From NCBI GenBank assembly GCA_965240325.2, contig OZ251239.1, forward strand, positions 1,116,001 to 1,180,000: a stretch of 64,000 nt of DNA. Reading direction: 5' to 3'. Every line of letters starts with the position of its first letter. The stretch's first letter is position 1. The notes below the pieces were generated by a model. That model was not told the origin of the DNA, searched no databases, and was given only the letters and a program-made list of their open reading frames with translations. This document shows positions 21,983-32,922 of the stretch, piece by piece. The DNA is from Rebecca billardiae RCC1528. Its lineage: Eukaryota > Protista > Haptophyta. The position numbers were made by a program, and so were the translations under genes.

Positions 21983-24829
21983 ATGGCTGCCACCGGGATG
22001 CGCTACACGCCAAGCCACTTGCTCGACGCGCACGCGCAGCTCGTGCGGCATCGCTCGGTCTCCGCGCGCACGCAGGGGGTGATTGTCGAGTCACTCCGCG
22101 CGATCGCCGAGATCCTGGTCTGGGGCGACGCGCACGACCACCGCATCTTCGAGGCGTTCCTCGAGCACGCGGTGCTGGACGACATGATGGCGCTCGCGCG
22201 GCTGCCGCCCGCCGGCCTCGGCCAGCCGGTGGTGGTGCAGCTGCTGCAGTCGCTGTCGATCATCACGCAGAACCTGACCACCGAGGCGTCCATCTACTAC
22301 CTCCTCTCGAACCACCACATCGACGCGCTCTGCCGCCTCTCGATTGGCTTTGCGGACGAGGAGCTGGTTTGTAACTACATCACGCTGATGAAGGCGATCG
22401 CGCTCAAGCTGACGAACACGACGGTGCAGCTGTTCCTGGGCGAGGGCGGGCGGTTCCCGCTGTACGAGTCCTCCGTCCGCTTCGCCATGTCCTCCGACCC
22501 AATGGTCGTCTCCGCGGTGCGCACGATCGCGCTCAGCGTCTATCAGCTCGATGAGAGTGACGTGCGGCGCGCGGTGTTGCGCCTGTCGCCGCAGGGATAC
22601 TGGTCGCAGCTCGCGGCGCAGCTCGAGCGGCAGACGGCGACGCTCGCCGTGCAGCTCGCCTGCGCCGGCAGCGCGCGCCGCCCGTCCCACGCCGCGCTCA
22701 CCTCCGCCCGCTCCACCCTCGAGGACGTTCTAGATTCCCTCTTCTTTGTGAGCGACGCAATGGCGTGCGACCGCTGCCCCGCGGGCGCGGGCGGCGGCGG
22801 CGGCGGTGACGGCGACGGCGCGCGCTCGGGCCCCGGGCCGCCGACGAGCGCCCACGGCGCGGGCGGGCTCGCGCGCGCGCCGGGCGGCGCGGCCACGCCG
22901 CCGCCCGCGACGCGCAGCCCGTCGGCGGGCGCGGGCGCCGGCCGTCTGCAGGCGTGCCTGTCGAGAATTCTCCTCGAAAAATGGGCCATCCCGTCGCTGC
23001 TGCGCGCGCTGCCGACGGCGCCAGCCGCCGCGGCCGCCGGCGCGTGGGAGCTCGGCGGCGTCGAGGCCGGCGGCACGCGCCGGCGCGCGTGCGCGCCGCT
23101 GCCGCTCGTGCTCCACCTGCTCACGCAGTGCATGCTCGTGATCGATGCGCCACCGTTTGCGCAGGCACTCGCGTTGGCCGCCCTCGGGCGGGATCTGAGC
23201 GCGAGCTTCGAGGCGGGGTTGCATCTGGGCCGTGCGCTGAATGCGCCGCACGGCGACGGGCGCGGGCCCAGCGCGCAGCGACGGGCGCTGCTGCGGCTGC
23301 TCGAGGCGGGCGAGGAGCACGAGGCCTTCGCCGCGCTCGCCTTTCTCCTCAGCGTCGTGCGCGCCGGCGGCGGCGCCGGCGGCGGCGCCGGCGGCGGCGC
23401 CGGCAGCGGCGCCGACGGCGCGCTCGGCGCGCACGAGCCGAGGGACGGCCCGCGCCCACCGGCGGTGGCCGCGGACGCGCTGGGCTTCGTGGGCTTGCTG
23501 CCGTGCACGGTGCGCGTGCAGAGCTCGCTGCTCGACACGCTCACCTCGCCGCGCGCAGAGGGGTCGCCATCGGCGGGCGCGCCGCATGGGGACGGTGCGC
23601 AGGCGCCGGCGGCGCGTGCTGCGCATGTACCCGAGGGGCGCGCTCGCGTCGCCGTCTCCATCACAGCAGCCGCCGCCGCGGCCGTCAGCGGCAGTCGCGA
23701 GGCGCGGCAGGCGGTGCGTGTACGGGTGTGCGTGCTGCCCGCCGGCGCTCCGACCGGGAGCGGCGCCGCCAATGGGCCGGCGCTCGGAGGCGCGCGCGGC
23801 CGCAACGGCCAGGCGCGGCAGCGGCAGGGCGCTTCGGCACACCCGCCTTACGATTCAGAAATAGTGGGCGCCCTGCTGCGGCTCCTGGCGCGCGGCGCAG
23901 GGTGCGAGGGCGTGCCGGCCCGGGGTGCGCACGGCTCGACGGCGGCGCGTGCGCACGCGCCGGCATCGGAGCACAGCGCAGCACCGAGCGCTGCCGGCGC
24001 CGCAGCAGGCACGATCCCGCCGTGCCCGATGCACCCGATCACGCTGAGCGCGGCCGTCGAGCTGCTGCTGGTCCTCACGCGCGCTCGCACGGCCAGCTGC
24101 AGGCTCGAGCCCGCGGAGGCGCGCCTGCTCGCGCTGGTCCTCGAGCGCGCGCGCACCTACGGGCTCGGCGCGTGGCGATCGTGCGAGCAGGCTGCGGCCG
24201 GCGCAGGCACACCGCCGGACACGGCGCGCGCCGAGGCCAACCGCAGATTTGCTGAGCTCGCACGCCGCGCGGTGCGGCAGGCGCCGCCCGCGCTCGTGAG
24301 CACCGCCGCGCTCGGCCGGCCGGCCATGCCGCTTGCGCGCGCCATCCAGGACCTGCGCCGCCTGCTGCCCATGAGCACGGCCATCTCACCGCGCACGCCG
24401 CCCAAGACGCAGCCGCACGCGCAGCAGCAGCAGCAGCCCACGCCCGGGCGCGCGGCGCACACGTCGCTGGCCGGAGCGGGGGGCTCGCCGCGGACGCCGC
24501 CGTCTGCTGCGGCCCCGTCGGCGTCCGCTCTGACCGGCTCGGCGGAGTGGCGGCTCCAGCTGGTGCTGCTGGGCGGCGCGTTGCACAGCGCGTTGCTCTG
24601 CCACGAGCCGCCAGTGCAGCCTGCTGGGAGCACACTCGGGCCGCGCTCGGCGCCACCAGCCGCCGAGGCGGCCGTCGGCGCGGTGTTCGGCTTCCTCCAG
24701 CTCGGTGCGCCGCCGCCGCCGCCGGCGGCGGCGGCGGCCTCGCCGCCGCCCCCTACGTCCGCGGGCGGGGCCTCGGAGCCGGCCCCTGCAGCGGCTGCTC
24801 CGCCCTTGATGCCGCCGGCTGGTCGGTGA
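21983..24829 (+). CDS. CLEC16A/TRANSPARENT TESTA 9-like protein (FPL domain)
   Basis: Motifs VE.LR.IAEILVWGD, QLLQ.LSI..QN, YYLLSN.HI, DEE....YI..MK.I..KL, FPLY, MV..AVRT. Confidence 0.88.
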   Translation: MAATGMRYTPSHLLDAHAQLVRHRSVSARTQGVIVESLRAIAEILVWGDAHDHRIFEAFLEHAVLDDMMALARLPPAGLGQPVVVQLLQSLSIITQNLTTEASIYYLLSNHHIDALCRLSIGFADEELVCNYITLMKAIALKLTNTTVQLFLGEGGRFPLYESSVRFAMSSDPMVVSAVRTIALSVYQLDESDVRRAVLRLSPQGYWSQLAAQLERQTATLAVQLACAGSARRPSHAALTSARSTLEDVLDSLFFVSDAMACDRCPAGAGGGGGGDGDGARSGPGPPTSAHGAGGLARAPGGAATPPPATRSPSAGAGAGRLQACLSRILLEKWAIPSLLRALPTAPAAAAAGAWELGGVEAGGTRRRACAPLPLVLHLLTQCMLVIDAPPFAQALALAALGRDLSASFEAGLHLGRALNAPHGDGRGPSAQRRALLRLLEAGEEHEAFAALAFLLSVVRAGGGAGGGAGGGAGSGADGALGAHEPRDGPRPPAVAADALGFVGLLPCTVRVQSSLLDTLTSPRAEGSPSAGAPHGDGAQAPAARAAHVPEGRARVAVSITAAAAAAVSGSREARQAVRVRVCVLPAGAPTGSGAANGPALGGARGRNGQARQRQGASAHPPYDSEIVGALLRLLARGAGCEGVPARGAHGSTAARAHAPASEHSAAPSAAGAAAGTIPPCPMHPITLSAAVELLLVLTRARTASCRLEPAEARLLALVLERARTYGLGAWRSCEQAAAGAGTPPDTARAEANRRFAELARRAVRQAPPALVSTAALGRPAMPLARAIQDLRRLLPMSTAISPRTPPKTQPHAQQQQQPTPGRAAHTSLAGAGGSPRTPPSAAAPSASALTGSAEWRLQLVLLGGALHSALLCHEPPVQPAGSTLGPRSAPPAAEAAVGAVFGFLQLGAPPPPPAAAAASPPPPTSAGGASEPAPAAAAPPLMPPAGR

Positions 24830-25036
24830 CGCCGTGACGACGCGACGACACACTCGGAGTCGTCTTCAGCTGCTGCCGGCGTCGTGCATGATGATCGACG
24901 ACTATATTACTGCTGATACGCATCACGCGATATGCTACAAGTCATGTCGTGTCACGTACGACTCATCCTAAGCAGACTGCTAGCTGCTGCTGTCCATCAG
25001 TGAGAGCGCAGTGTCACGTCGCCGGCGTCAGTCGCA

Positions 25037-25849
25037 TCAGGTCGCCGGCGTCGCGCGCTCAGCGCTGTCGCCGGGATCTCCGACCGCCCGACCGGGACGA
25101 ATGAACTTCGCCTGCGCTACTATACTGATGGGCGGCGGCAGACGCAGCGCGTAGCCCTCGCGCCTCGTCGCGCACGTAGTAGATCCTCTGCCCGCCACCA
25201 TCTCGGCACCTGACTTGGCATCTTCATGGCCGCTGTTGCTCGCGTGTTGCCAGCACATCTGCTCGGAGAGCCAGACGCGAGAGTCGTGCGCGCGCCGCGG
25301 GTGCACGAGGGCACCCAGCCGCAGCAGCTGCGCAGGGTCGACGTGCAGGAGGGCGACGGAGCACGCGCGTGCGACGTCACGAAGAAGCCGACACGTGCCT
25401 TCAGCGCTGGCCTCTCCCGTTGGCAACGCCCGTGTGGAAACGCATATGCCCCGAGTCCGCAGGATGATGGCTGCAACTGCACCCGCACGCTTTACATGTT
25501 CACTCGAGGTCACGACGAGGACATGGCGGACGTCCTGCGTGACCAGGTCGTCCACGAGCGACGCAAAATTTGAGACCGTACACGTCGCTCTCCGGTCGCA
25601 TAGCACCGAAGGCTCGCCTTGGGGTGCGAACTCGTCAGCGCTGCATGCGCCAGATGAGATGACGATCGCACGCACCGTGGGCATGCGCGAGCACAGGTGC
25701 GCCGCACGCAGCTCGCGCGTTCGATCCCCACCTGGTATGATGACGAGGTCAACGTCCGTGGAGGCTGACGCGAACGAGCGGCGCACGGCGAGCGCAAGCT
25801 GCCCGATTCTTATCACACCGCATGCGATGATGGCGGCCGCGGCCGCCAT
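25037..25849 (-). CDS. DUF218/YdcF-like protein
   Basis: Motifs GG...RE..AA, ISSG, D.RA..TV.NF, VVTS..H..RA, R..RD..R. Confidence 0.75.
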   Translation of the reverse strand: MAAAAAIIACGVIRIGQLALAVRRSFASASTDVDLVIIPGGDRTRELRAAHLCSRMPTVRAIVISSGACSADEFAPQGEPSVLCDRRATCTVSNFASLVDDLVTQDVRHVLVVTSSEHVKRAGAVAAIILRTRGICVSTRALPTGEASAEGTCRLLRDVARACSVALLHVDPAQLLRLGALVHPRRAHDSRVWLSEQMCWQHASNSGHEDAKSGAEMVAGRGSTTCATRREGYALRLPPPISIVAQAKFIRPGRAVGDPGDSAERATPAT

Positions 25850-26292
25850 CGCTTCGGCCTGCACTGCTGTGCAAGTGTCCAACAGAGGTCCAACGACCAA
25901 CGATCAACTGGTGAGCAGCATGGTGGATGGTCACTGCCGCTCCGCGCCCCGCCCGGGCCTTCCGGCGGCAGCGGACTGTCTTCGCCAGTGGCTTTGTGGC
26001 GTCAATCTCGCTGAGCTGTGTGCGCCTCTTACGTATTCTTAGTACACCGGAGTTAGCGATCAAGAGCCCGGAGGCGACAGTGACTGCTGCTCCGCCAAAC
26101 GGGTGAGCACCGGGTCTGTCTGCTCCCCGTTCACAATCACCGTTGGCAGCCTGGCTCAGCGCGGTTCAGAGCGCCTCCGACTGTCCGAGCCGCCAGGTGC
26201 CGTGAGCTCAGTCTTGTGCGGCTCCGCGGCGCACGATGAAGCTGCTATACTCCTGCGCAGCACATGCCAGTCATCGTCTAACCTGCCATCGA

Positions 26293-27558
26293 TCACGGCG
26301 CCGACGGCAGCAGCGCCCCCAGCTGGCGCTCAAACAGTCGGCACGCGGCCGCGTGCAGCTGGAGGTCCGCGTGCAGCGCCTCGAGCACCGCCGGGTTGCG
26401 CCGCGCGCGCTCGAGCTCTGGCGCGCGCTCGCGCTGGCGTGCCGCGCGCGCCGCCGCCTCCGCTTGCGCCGCGGGCTCAGCCGCGCCACTCACGAGCGCG
26501 TCCGCCCACCGCAGCACCCCCCCGCTCGCCGAGCTGCTCGGGCGGCCGGACGTGCCGAGCCCAAGGGGCACCCGGGCGTCAAAGAGGCGCGCGGTGTCCG
26601 CCCAGCGCTCGACCAAGCCGACCGTGTCGAAGAGCTGCCCCGCCTCGAGCTGCGCAGTGAGCCCGCGCAGCAGCGCGCGCGCGCCGGCCGTGCCGCGGCC
26701 GTCTGCGCCCGCTCCCAGGGCGTCGCGGTGTTCCGTCCACGACCGAGGCTGTCGGCACTCAAAGCCTGAGACCACAGGCGCGCGAGGCCCGCCGTGGCGC
26801 TTGCTCGGCGTGACCGCGGGCACCACGCTCGCTGCGCTGAGCGCCACGTCGCGCGCCCCGCTGCCGCTCGTGCCCTCGGTGCCCGTGCCCGCCTGCCACA
26901 CCGCGCCGCCGCCGGGCGCGTCAGGCGCGCACAGCCGGCCCACGGCGCGGAAGCGGCCAGGCGCCAGCAGCAGCTGCTGCCAGGTGAAGGAGCCAAAGTG
27001 CATGGCCCACTCGGCGATCGTCGCGTTGTGCGCGTCGACCGGCCGCGCGGCGAAGCCGCCCTCCTTCGGGTTCCACCCGCACATCGGATTCCACTTCCCG
27101 CGCTTCAGGTTTCGGCACACGTGAAAGGCGGAGAGCAGGCGCGACACCGGCTCGCGAAAGACGGTGACCCAGATGCACGCGCGCGCGCGCACGGGCGACG
27201 CGGGACCTCCGTCGACCGCGGGGAGCATCTGGCCCTCGTACAGCTCGGCGTCGGAGAAGTGCTTCCACTGCGTGCACTGCGCGCGGTTCACGAACGTGAG
27301 ATGCCAGCAGTGATGCACCTTGCGCCGCGCGCCGCGATGCAGCGCGCGCGAGACGATGGCATCATTCGCAGAACGCGGCTGGTTCATGAAGGCGAGGCAC
27401 GGCAGAGCCGCCGAGTGCGGGGCCGAGGACGATCCGGGTGCCCGAGCCATGCCCACGCAGCACAGCAGCAGCGCGTAGAGAAACGTCATGTCGAGCTCTC
27501 CCCACAGGCTACCTGAGCGGCGGCCGGCAATGGGCGCCGCCATGCTGAATGCTGCCAT
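26293..27558 (-). CDS. Golgi-type sulfotransferase-like protein (Sulfotransfer_2/Gal3ST-like)
   Basis: 3'-PB motif VTVFREPVSRLLSAF, plus VGLVER and D..L...A..LF. N-terminal TM segment. The 5'-PSB motif is degenerate (FMNQPRSAND). Start codon uncertain. Confidence 0.7.
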   Translation of the reverse strand: MAAFSMAAPIAGRRSGSLWGELDMTFLYALLLCCVGMARAPGSSSAPHSAALPCLAFMNQPRSANDAIVSRALHRGARRKVHHCWHLTFVNRAQCTQWKHFSDAELYEGQMLPAVDGGPASPVRARACIWVTVFREPVSRLLSAFHVCRNLKRGKWNPMCGWNPKEGGFAARPVDAHNATIAEWAMHFGSFTWQQLLLAPGRFRAVGRLCAPDAPGGGAVWQAGTGTEGTSGSGARDVALSAASVVPAVTPSKRHGGPRAPVVSGFECRQPRSWTEHRDALGAGADGRGTAGARALLRGLTAQLEAGQLFDTVGLVERWADTARLFDARVPLGLGTSGRPSSSASGGVLRWADALVSGAAEPAAQAEAAARAARQRERAPELERARRNPAVLEALHADLQLHAAACRLFERQLGALLPSAP

Positions 27559-27590
27559 TCCTATTGTACTGCTCTCGCGGCGGCAGCAGG

Positions 27591-28401
27591 ATGGCTGGCG
27601 TGCGCCAGCGCCCAGGCCCCAGGGCTGCCTCCTACGAGGAGATCAACCCGCTCGAACTGATCGACGATCCGTACTGGAGGCAGCTCCCCGACATCTTGCA
27701 GGCGCAGGTACACGGCTGCTGTGCCCGGCGCCCGCACCGGCGCCCTCCCGCCGAGGGCTCCAAGCGAGCTGAGCGCACCGACGGCGCCCCCGTGCCTCGT
27801 TGCGTGCCTGCAGGTCCTGGTGCAGCTCAAGGCGGACGAGACGCTGTTATGGGCGGGCAACCCGATCATCCGCACGAAGACGATCCTCATGCTCTTCGCG
27901 CTGTGGTCGGTGCTGCTGATCATCCCCGTCGTCGTGCTCGTCGAGCTGGTCGAGGACACGGGCGGCTGGTGGGCGATCTCGTGGGCGGTGGTGTCCGTCT
28001 TCATCTTCGTGCCGCGCATCTCGCGCAGCTCGCGAGTCGTGTTCGCGCTGACCACTCGGCGCACGTTCGTCTCCAAGCGCACGATGTACTGCTCGATCGA
28101 GACGTCGTCGCTCCCGTACGCCGAGGTGCGCAGCGCGCGCATCAAGCTCAACGATGACGGCACTGGCGAGGTGTATCTGCGCAAGCTCAACGACATGTAC
28201 GACGGCGAGGCGTTGCTGCTGTACAACATCAAGGGGATCCGGGACGCGTGCCGCGTGCTCCTGGCGTACCTGCCACCGAACGTGGCCGAGCAAGGCGGGC
28301 TCACCGATACGTTATCGCAGTTCGACGACGGCGGGGACGACGACGACGACGGTGGTGATGATCACGATGCTGCTGGCAACGGCAGCACAGCCACCCTATG
28401 A
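27591..28401 (+). CDS. Two-TM protein with a bacterial-PH-like C-terminal domain; intron 27708-27813
   Basis: Pattern E.LLWAG.P ... FALTTRR ... I.LNDDGTG.V. Spliced frame is continuous. Confidence 0.65.
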
Positions 28402-28553
28402 CGCGTCGACGGATATCATTCGTCGTCGTCATCCAATCTGCCGTCTAGCATCTATATGCATATATAGATTTGCGCCAGTGCCCACTGTTGTGGACGACGG
28501 TCGGTGGCGGGCGACGCCGACGTGGATGAGTCGGATGAAGGGATTGACGGCCT

Positions 28554-28598
28554 TACAGTTTACTAAGAATAAGAGACGCACACAGCTCAGGCAGGCGA
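28554..28598 (+). mobile_element. Family C terminus (cleanest copy)
   Basis: TACAGTTTACTAAGAATAAGAGACGCACACAGCTCAGGCAGGCGA; faces the inverted copy at 30861-30902. Confidence 0.6.
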
Positions 28599-28710
28599 CA
28601 GTAGTCACGACCGGACCGGGGACTGAAGCACCGGACGAGATCGCTCGTGAGCAGCCGGGGCGTGAACCCTTCGCGCATCAACGATTGCCGCACTGGACGG
28701 AAGCCTCGCG

Positions 28711-29043
28711 ATGAGGATCGCGCGCGCAATCCTTGGGCTCGTCCTCGTCACTCTGGCTGGCACGCACGCATACTCGCCCTCTGCTGCTACGTTGGGCCGT
28801 GCACGTTCGCCTCTGCACGTGCATGCGAGTCGCCAGGCCGTGACGGCGGCGCCGCGGCTGATGACGATGGGTGCGCGCGGTGGCAAGCAAAAGGGCAAGT
28901 TCAACACGCCCCCTCCGAAGGAGCCGGAGCCGTTCACGCTCGAGCCGGAGACGCGGAACCGCCTCTTCATTGCCGTCGCCCTGTTCGCGGTGTGCTACGA
29001 CTATTTCGTCATGCACCAGGGGGTGCCCATCTGGGAGCGCTAG
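28711..29043 (+). CDS. Small putatively plastid-targeted membrane protein (signal peptide, THA-YSP cleavage site, C-terminal TM)
   Basis: 110-aa ORF: hydrophobic signal, basic Ser/Ala-rich transit-like stretch, one TM segment. Confidence 0.6.
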   Translation: MRIARAILGLVLVTLAGTHAYSPSAATLGRARSPLHVHASRQAVTAAPRLMTMGARGGKQKGKFNTPPPKEPEPFTLEPETRNRLFIAVALFAVCYDYFVMHQGVPIWER

Positions 29044-29268
29044 AAACGTCGGTTCGCCGAGCATGCGCGCTCGCCGGCGCTTGTCTGTACGTTGCTCCAG
29101 GCTGGGACTCTTCGCCGGCTGCAGCCTGCACTTCATCGTTCGCGATTGCCATGAGCTCGTCCTGCTACTGCCCTGCCACCGAGGCCAAGCAGTGGTTCGA
29201 GATGCCATCGAGATCGCGTCGCTCCTGCCGATCTGCCGGCCGCGGCGCCTAGTTGGCTAGCGTCTTAA

Positions 29269-30601
29269 CCCCTATTGTGGAACGGACCGACCCCTATTGT
29301 GGAACGCCGCCAGTTTTTCCTATGTAGAGCTCGGATGTCGCGGAGGTGATGAGATCGGCGGCTACCGCCGTGTGCGCCTGGCCAAGGCGCGTCCAACGAG
29401 CCCAAGAACGTCGCCATAGCCCCGCCCCAGCGCCGTCCGCAGCCGATCGTTTGCTGGAGTCAGACCTGAGAATCTGGTGTAAAAAAATGGTTTTCGGCTC
29501 TGTAGGCCGAAGCTTCGGCCGGGAGAGCGCGCTCGGTATTTTTCCGCGGGGGGAGCACGTGCGCTGCCGCACTCGTGGATGGAGCGCGAGTGACACGAAT
29601 TTGAAATTGGGTCAGGTCAGCATGGCTGATTCCTGGGTTGGAGGGTCGAGGACGCCCCGCCGCGGCGGGGGGCGGTGCGGCGGCGCGAGCTGACTGGTGG
29701 CGATGACGAACGCGTAGCCGAAGGTGCCGGGCCGTCAGGCGACGCCCAACCCCGCAAAGCAGCTTCATCGCCTGCCGACCGCGCGAGAGCCGCGCCGCGC
29801 GAAGCGGCTGGGCGCGAGTGGACTACGACCCTCCGGATGCAGCCATCAGGGACTGTGTGTAGAGCCGGGAGCTGGCGTGAGGGCACAGCTTTCGCCGACT
29901 TCGGCTCATATGCCGTGACAACGGGCCACGCTCTGTCGGATGGTGAAGGACCCGACCAGCCCGTCGAGGCCGCTGGGGCTGAAGCCGCGGCTGAGCGGCT
30001 GTGACGGTCGAGCAGATCACACCGACCAGGTCGTGGAGATAGCGCTACTCAGCTTCGCGCCGACCACGCGGCAGGTCTGCATCGATGCGGCGCTTCTCTT
30101 CCTGCGTAGTGGCGCGCCCTTCTCGACGCTCTCCAGCATGCCCTGGAAGCGGTGGTGTCGGCGGCGGTTCAGGCGCCACGCGAAGGCGAGCGAGCGTCGA
30201 TGACGGACACGCTCGTCGACCGCATCACTCATCGTTGAGAGGGTTCGCGCGGGCAAGACGTGCCCCCCGGCGGCTGCGGGGTCGAGGGCGGGTGCCCACA
30301 CCACCAGCGCGCCGGCGAGCGCCAGCGGGCCGACTGCGAACGCTCAGGAGCCAGCAGTGGCACCGTCCTGAGCGAGGAACCAAAATCGTTCCACAATAGG
30401 GGTCAGTCGACCCGTCGACGCACCCCGCGGGCGCGCGCGCGCGCGCGCGCGCGCGGGCGAGCACCGAGCTCCGCACCCTCAGAGGTGTATGGTCCCTTTG
30501 GTAGGACCCATGGCCAGTGCCTGACACCTTAAGTTCGCTCGCCGAGCCGCACTACCTCGCCCTAGGGGCGGAAAACCCGAAAATCGTTCCACAATAATAG
30601 G
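29269..30601. mobile_element. Degenerate piggyBac-like non-autonomous element
   Basis: TTAA|CCCCTATTGTGGAACG at 29269, repeated at 29291. Inverted copies at 30387-30402 and, with a 3-nt insertion, 30585-30601. No clean right-hand TTAA. Confidence 0.5.
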
Positions 30602-30860
30602 CCGGTGAAGTTCTTGAAGACGCGTTAGTTGCCACTCAGTGGCTATGTCACAGGCTTTTTCGGATACGTATACGGTTAATAAGAACTGCGTGCGCGCACG
30701 ATATACGACGGGCGCTGGCGCGCCGCGAGGCGGCCGCAGCCCTCATCCAGGCCTCGCAGGCGGACGGCTGAACGAATTTTTCCGGCGGCCGGCTACCATC
30801 GGCGAGTTCGGCGACGGCTTCAAGTTCATGGGCGGTGACAATTATTGGCGGGCGTCAATC

Positions 30861-30936
30861 TCGCCTGCCTGAGCTGTCTCTTATTCTTAGTAATAAACTG
30901 TACGACGAGTGCGTCTCTTATTCTGAGTAAACTGTA
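30861..30936 (-). mobile_element. Two family C termini (one partial), minus orientation
   Basis: Reverse complement of the family C motif, with small indels. Confidence 0.6.
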
Positions 30937-31230
30937 CGACGAGTCTAGACTGCCGCTGGCAATGGCGTCTCCTCGAGAGGGCAACTGGGTCCCAGCACTG
31001 AGGTGAGACGGTCGGTTCCTCGCCGATGGGCCGATGGCGGCAGTCTGTTTGGCTAGCTATGATTAGTACGACCGTAGCAGTAAGACTCAACTAGTCAACG
31101 CGACAAGTATGTGTCTATAAGCCGACTCTAAGCGCGTCCTCGTCCGTCCAGTTCGGATCAATGATTATTGCATACGACTATTCTGAGTCGCCGGCGCGAC
31201 GAGTTCACTTCCTGATTGGCGTATATATAT

Positions 31231-31588
31231 GTCTAGCCGTCCTCGTGAACGCCGACGCCAACTGCTGGCCGAAGGTGGGCACGCCGCCTGTTGCCGAAAG
31301 ATGTTGGTCGGTGCACGCGACGCGCCACCCGCGTGCGAGCCGCCGCCGCCGGCGACGCAGGGCCACGAGCCCGGCTGCAGCCATCTCGCGCGCCCGCGCC
31401 TGGCGAAGCAGCCAGGGGGCGCCGGAAACAGCAGATCTCCGCGGCGACAAACCCGGACAGACTGTTTGTCCGGGAGCAGCGCTTTGAGGCGATGGTCTGG
31501 TAGAGGGCGATGTGGCTGATGAGCGGCGCTGGCGCCCGGCGTTCTTGTCGTCCTCTTAGACAATCAGTTATTGTACCAATAACCCCAC
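31231..31588 (+). mobile_element. Family B element, copy 1 (358 bp, no cargo), in (TA)n
   Basis: GTCTAGCC...TTAGAC-AATCA-GTTATTG-TAC-CAATAAC-CCCAC. Ends are nearly identical to those of the copies at 35117 and 35705. Confidence 0.85.
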
Positions 31589-32214
31589 ATATATCCTTCG
31601 GCGCCCCCGACTCTGCCGGCGACATCGGACATGCAATGCCATGAAAGTGATCAGTGAATCTGTGATGGGCCAGAGGCTCACAGACACAGTAGCGCCGCAT
31701 AGACCTTACACCTCGCGGATGCGGACGACAGGACTACTGTAAGTGGTCGTAGACCTGTAGACGTAGTGGTTGCAGCCGAGCCGGGCGCGCTCCCGTGCCT
31801 GCGTGTGGCTAGGGCTGGCAGTAGTGGCTTGGATGTACAGCTGCAACCGACAACCGACTAGCGGTTGGCTCTGAACAGGTCTGACACGGAGCAACCCCCA
31901 GTGGGCCGTGAGTGGCATGCACTGTGCTGAAATAACAATTATTATATATTCGTATCTGGCGCAAGGATGCATTTGTGATTTGACCGTAAGCGGGCGGGTT
32001 GCCGTGGCGGTGCGTGCAGTTGCACTGGTCAGGCCTCCGGCGTTCGCTGCGGGTAGTGGCGCCGAGTGCAGCCCTTGCCTGCACGGCCAGAGCCGATCGA
32101 CTGACTGACTGTGCAGCAGCTGTGCAAGAGTGAAGAGAGGTGTGCAACTTGAACTGGTAGTAGCCTAGGCTGGTCCGATCGGGCTGCGTATATGCTCCTG
32201 GTGTAGCACTACCC

Positions 32215-32760
32215 CTAACAGCCGGCGCTGCTGCTGCGGCGGCGCTGCTGCTGGCCGTCCCGGCGGCGGAGGAGGAGGAGAAGGAGGAGGCGCGCACGGG
32301 CGGCTGCACGCGCCGCGCCGCGTCGGCGGTGCGCACCGCGTCGCGCGCCGCGTCCGCGCGTCCGCAGCTGCGCAGCCGGCAGCGCGAGCGGCGCGCCGTC
32401 CGCGGCCGCACCCTCGCCCGCGTCCTCAGAGTCTGTCGCCACGCGCTTCCAGCCCTCGGTGTGCAGGTTGTACTGCCACGCGTCGTGCAGCCACTTGCGG
32501 TGCGCGCCGTAGCCGCCGTGCAGCAGCAGCCGCGCACCGACGAGCGTGCACACGTGGTGCGCGCGCGGCGGCGGCCACGGCGCGCCCGGCTCGCTCCGCG
32601 CCTTGAGGTCCATGAGGTCGAGCCACGCGCACGAATCGGTGCCGAGCAGGTGGAACGCGTCGGTCAGCGCGGACACGCCGCCCGCGCCCTCCGCCATCCC
32701 GCCGAAGACGAAGAGCTAGTAACCGACGGCGGTGACGGACTGCGCCCCGGGCGTGAGAAA
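32215..32760 (-). pseudogene. Kelch-repeat gene fragment with in-frame TAG
   Basis: Reads AQSVTAVGY*LFVFGG ... PPPRAHH.C.LVG.RLLLHGG ... D.W.YN....W. Stop at 32716-32718; no upstream exons visible. Confidence 0.7.
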
Positions 32761-32857
32761 CATATCGAAGCAACTCTCGAAGCAAATCTGGTCGTTTATG
32801 ATATTATCATCGCGCGCCCGCGGCGTCGTTGCTGAATCTGTTATCATACGTCTACAG

Positions 32858-32922
32858 TACAGTTTACTAAGAATACCAGTAAGAGACGCACACAGCTCAG
32901 GCACTATGATACAGGCAGGCGA
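32858..32922 (+). mobile_element. Family C terminus with two micro-insertions
   Basis: Family C motif with +6 and +14 nt insertions. Confidence 0.55.

Noticed and set aside
8847-25849. Bacterial contamination or a prokaryotic HGT island (uhpC, gpmA, DUF218, DUF1772)
   Set aside because: These genes are interleaved with intron-containing eukaryotic genes, and the uhpC-like gene itself has a spliceosomal intron and a targeting leader.
32716-32718. Stop-codon readthrough or TAG reassignment in the Kelch fragment
   Set aside because: Other genes here end in TAG, and the fragment lacks 5' exons, so pseudogenisation is the simpler explanation.
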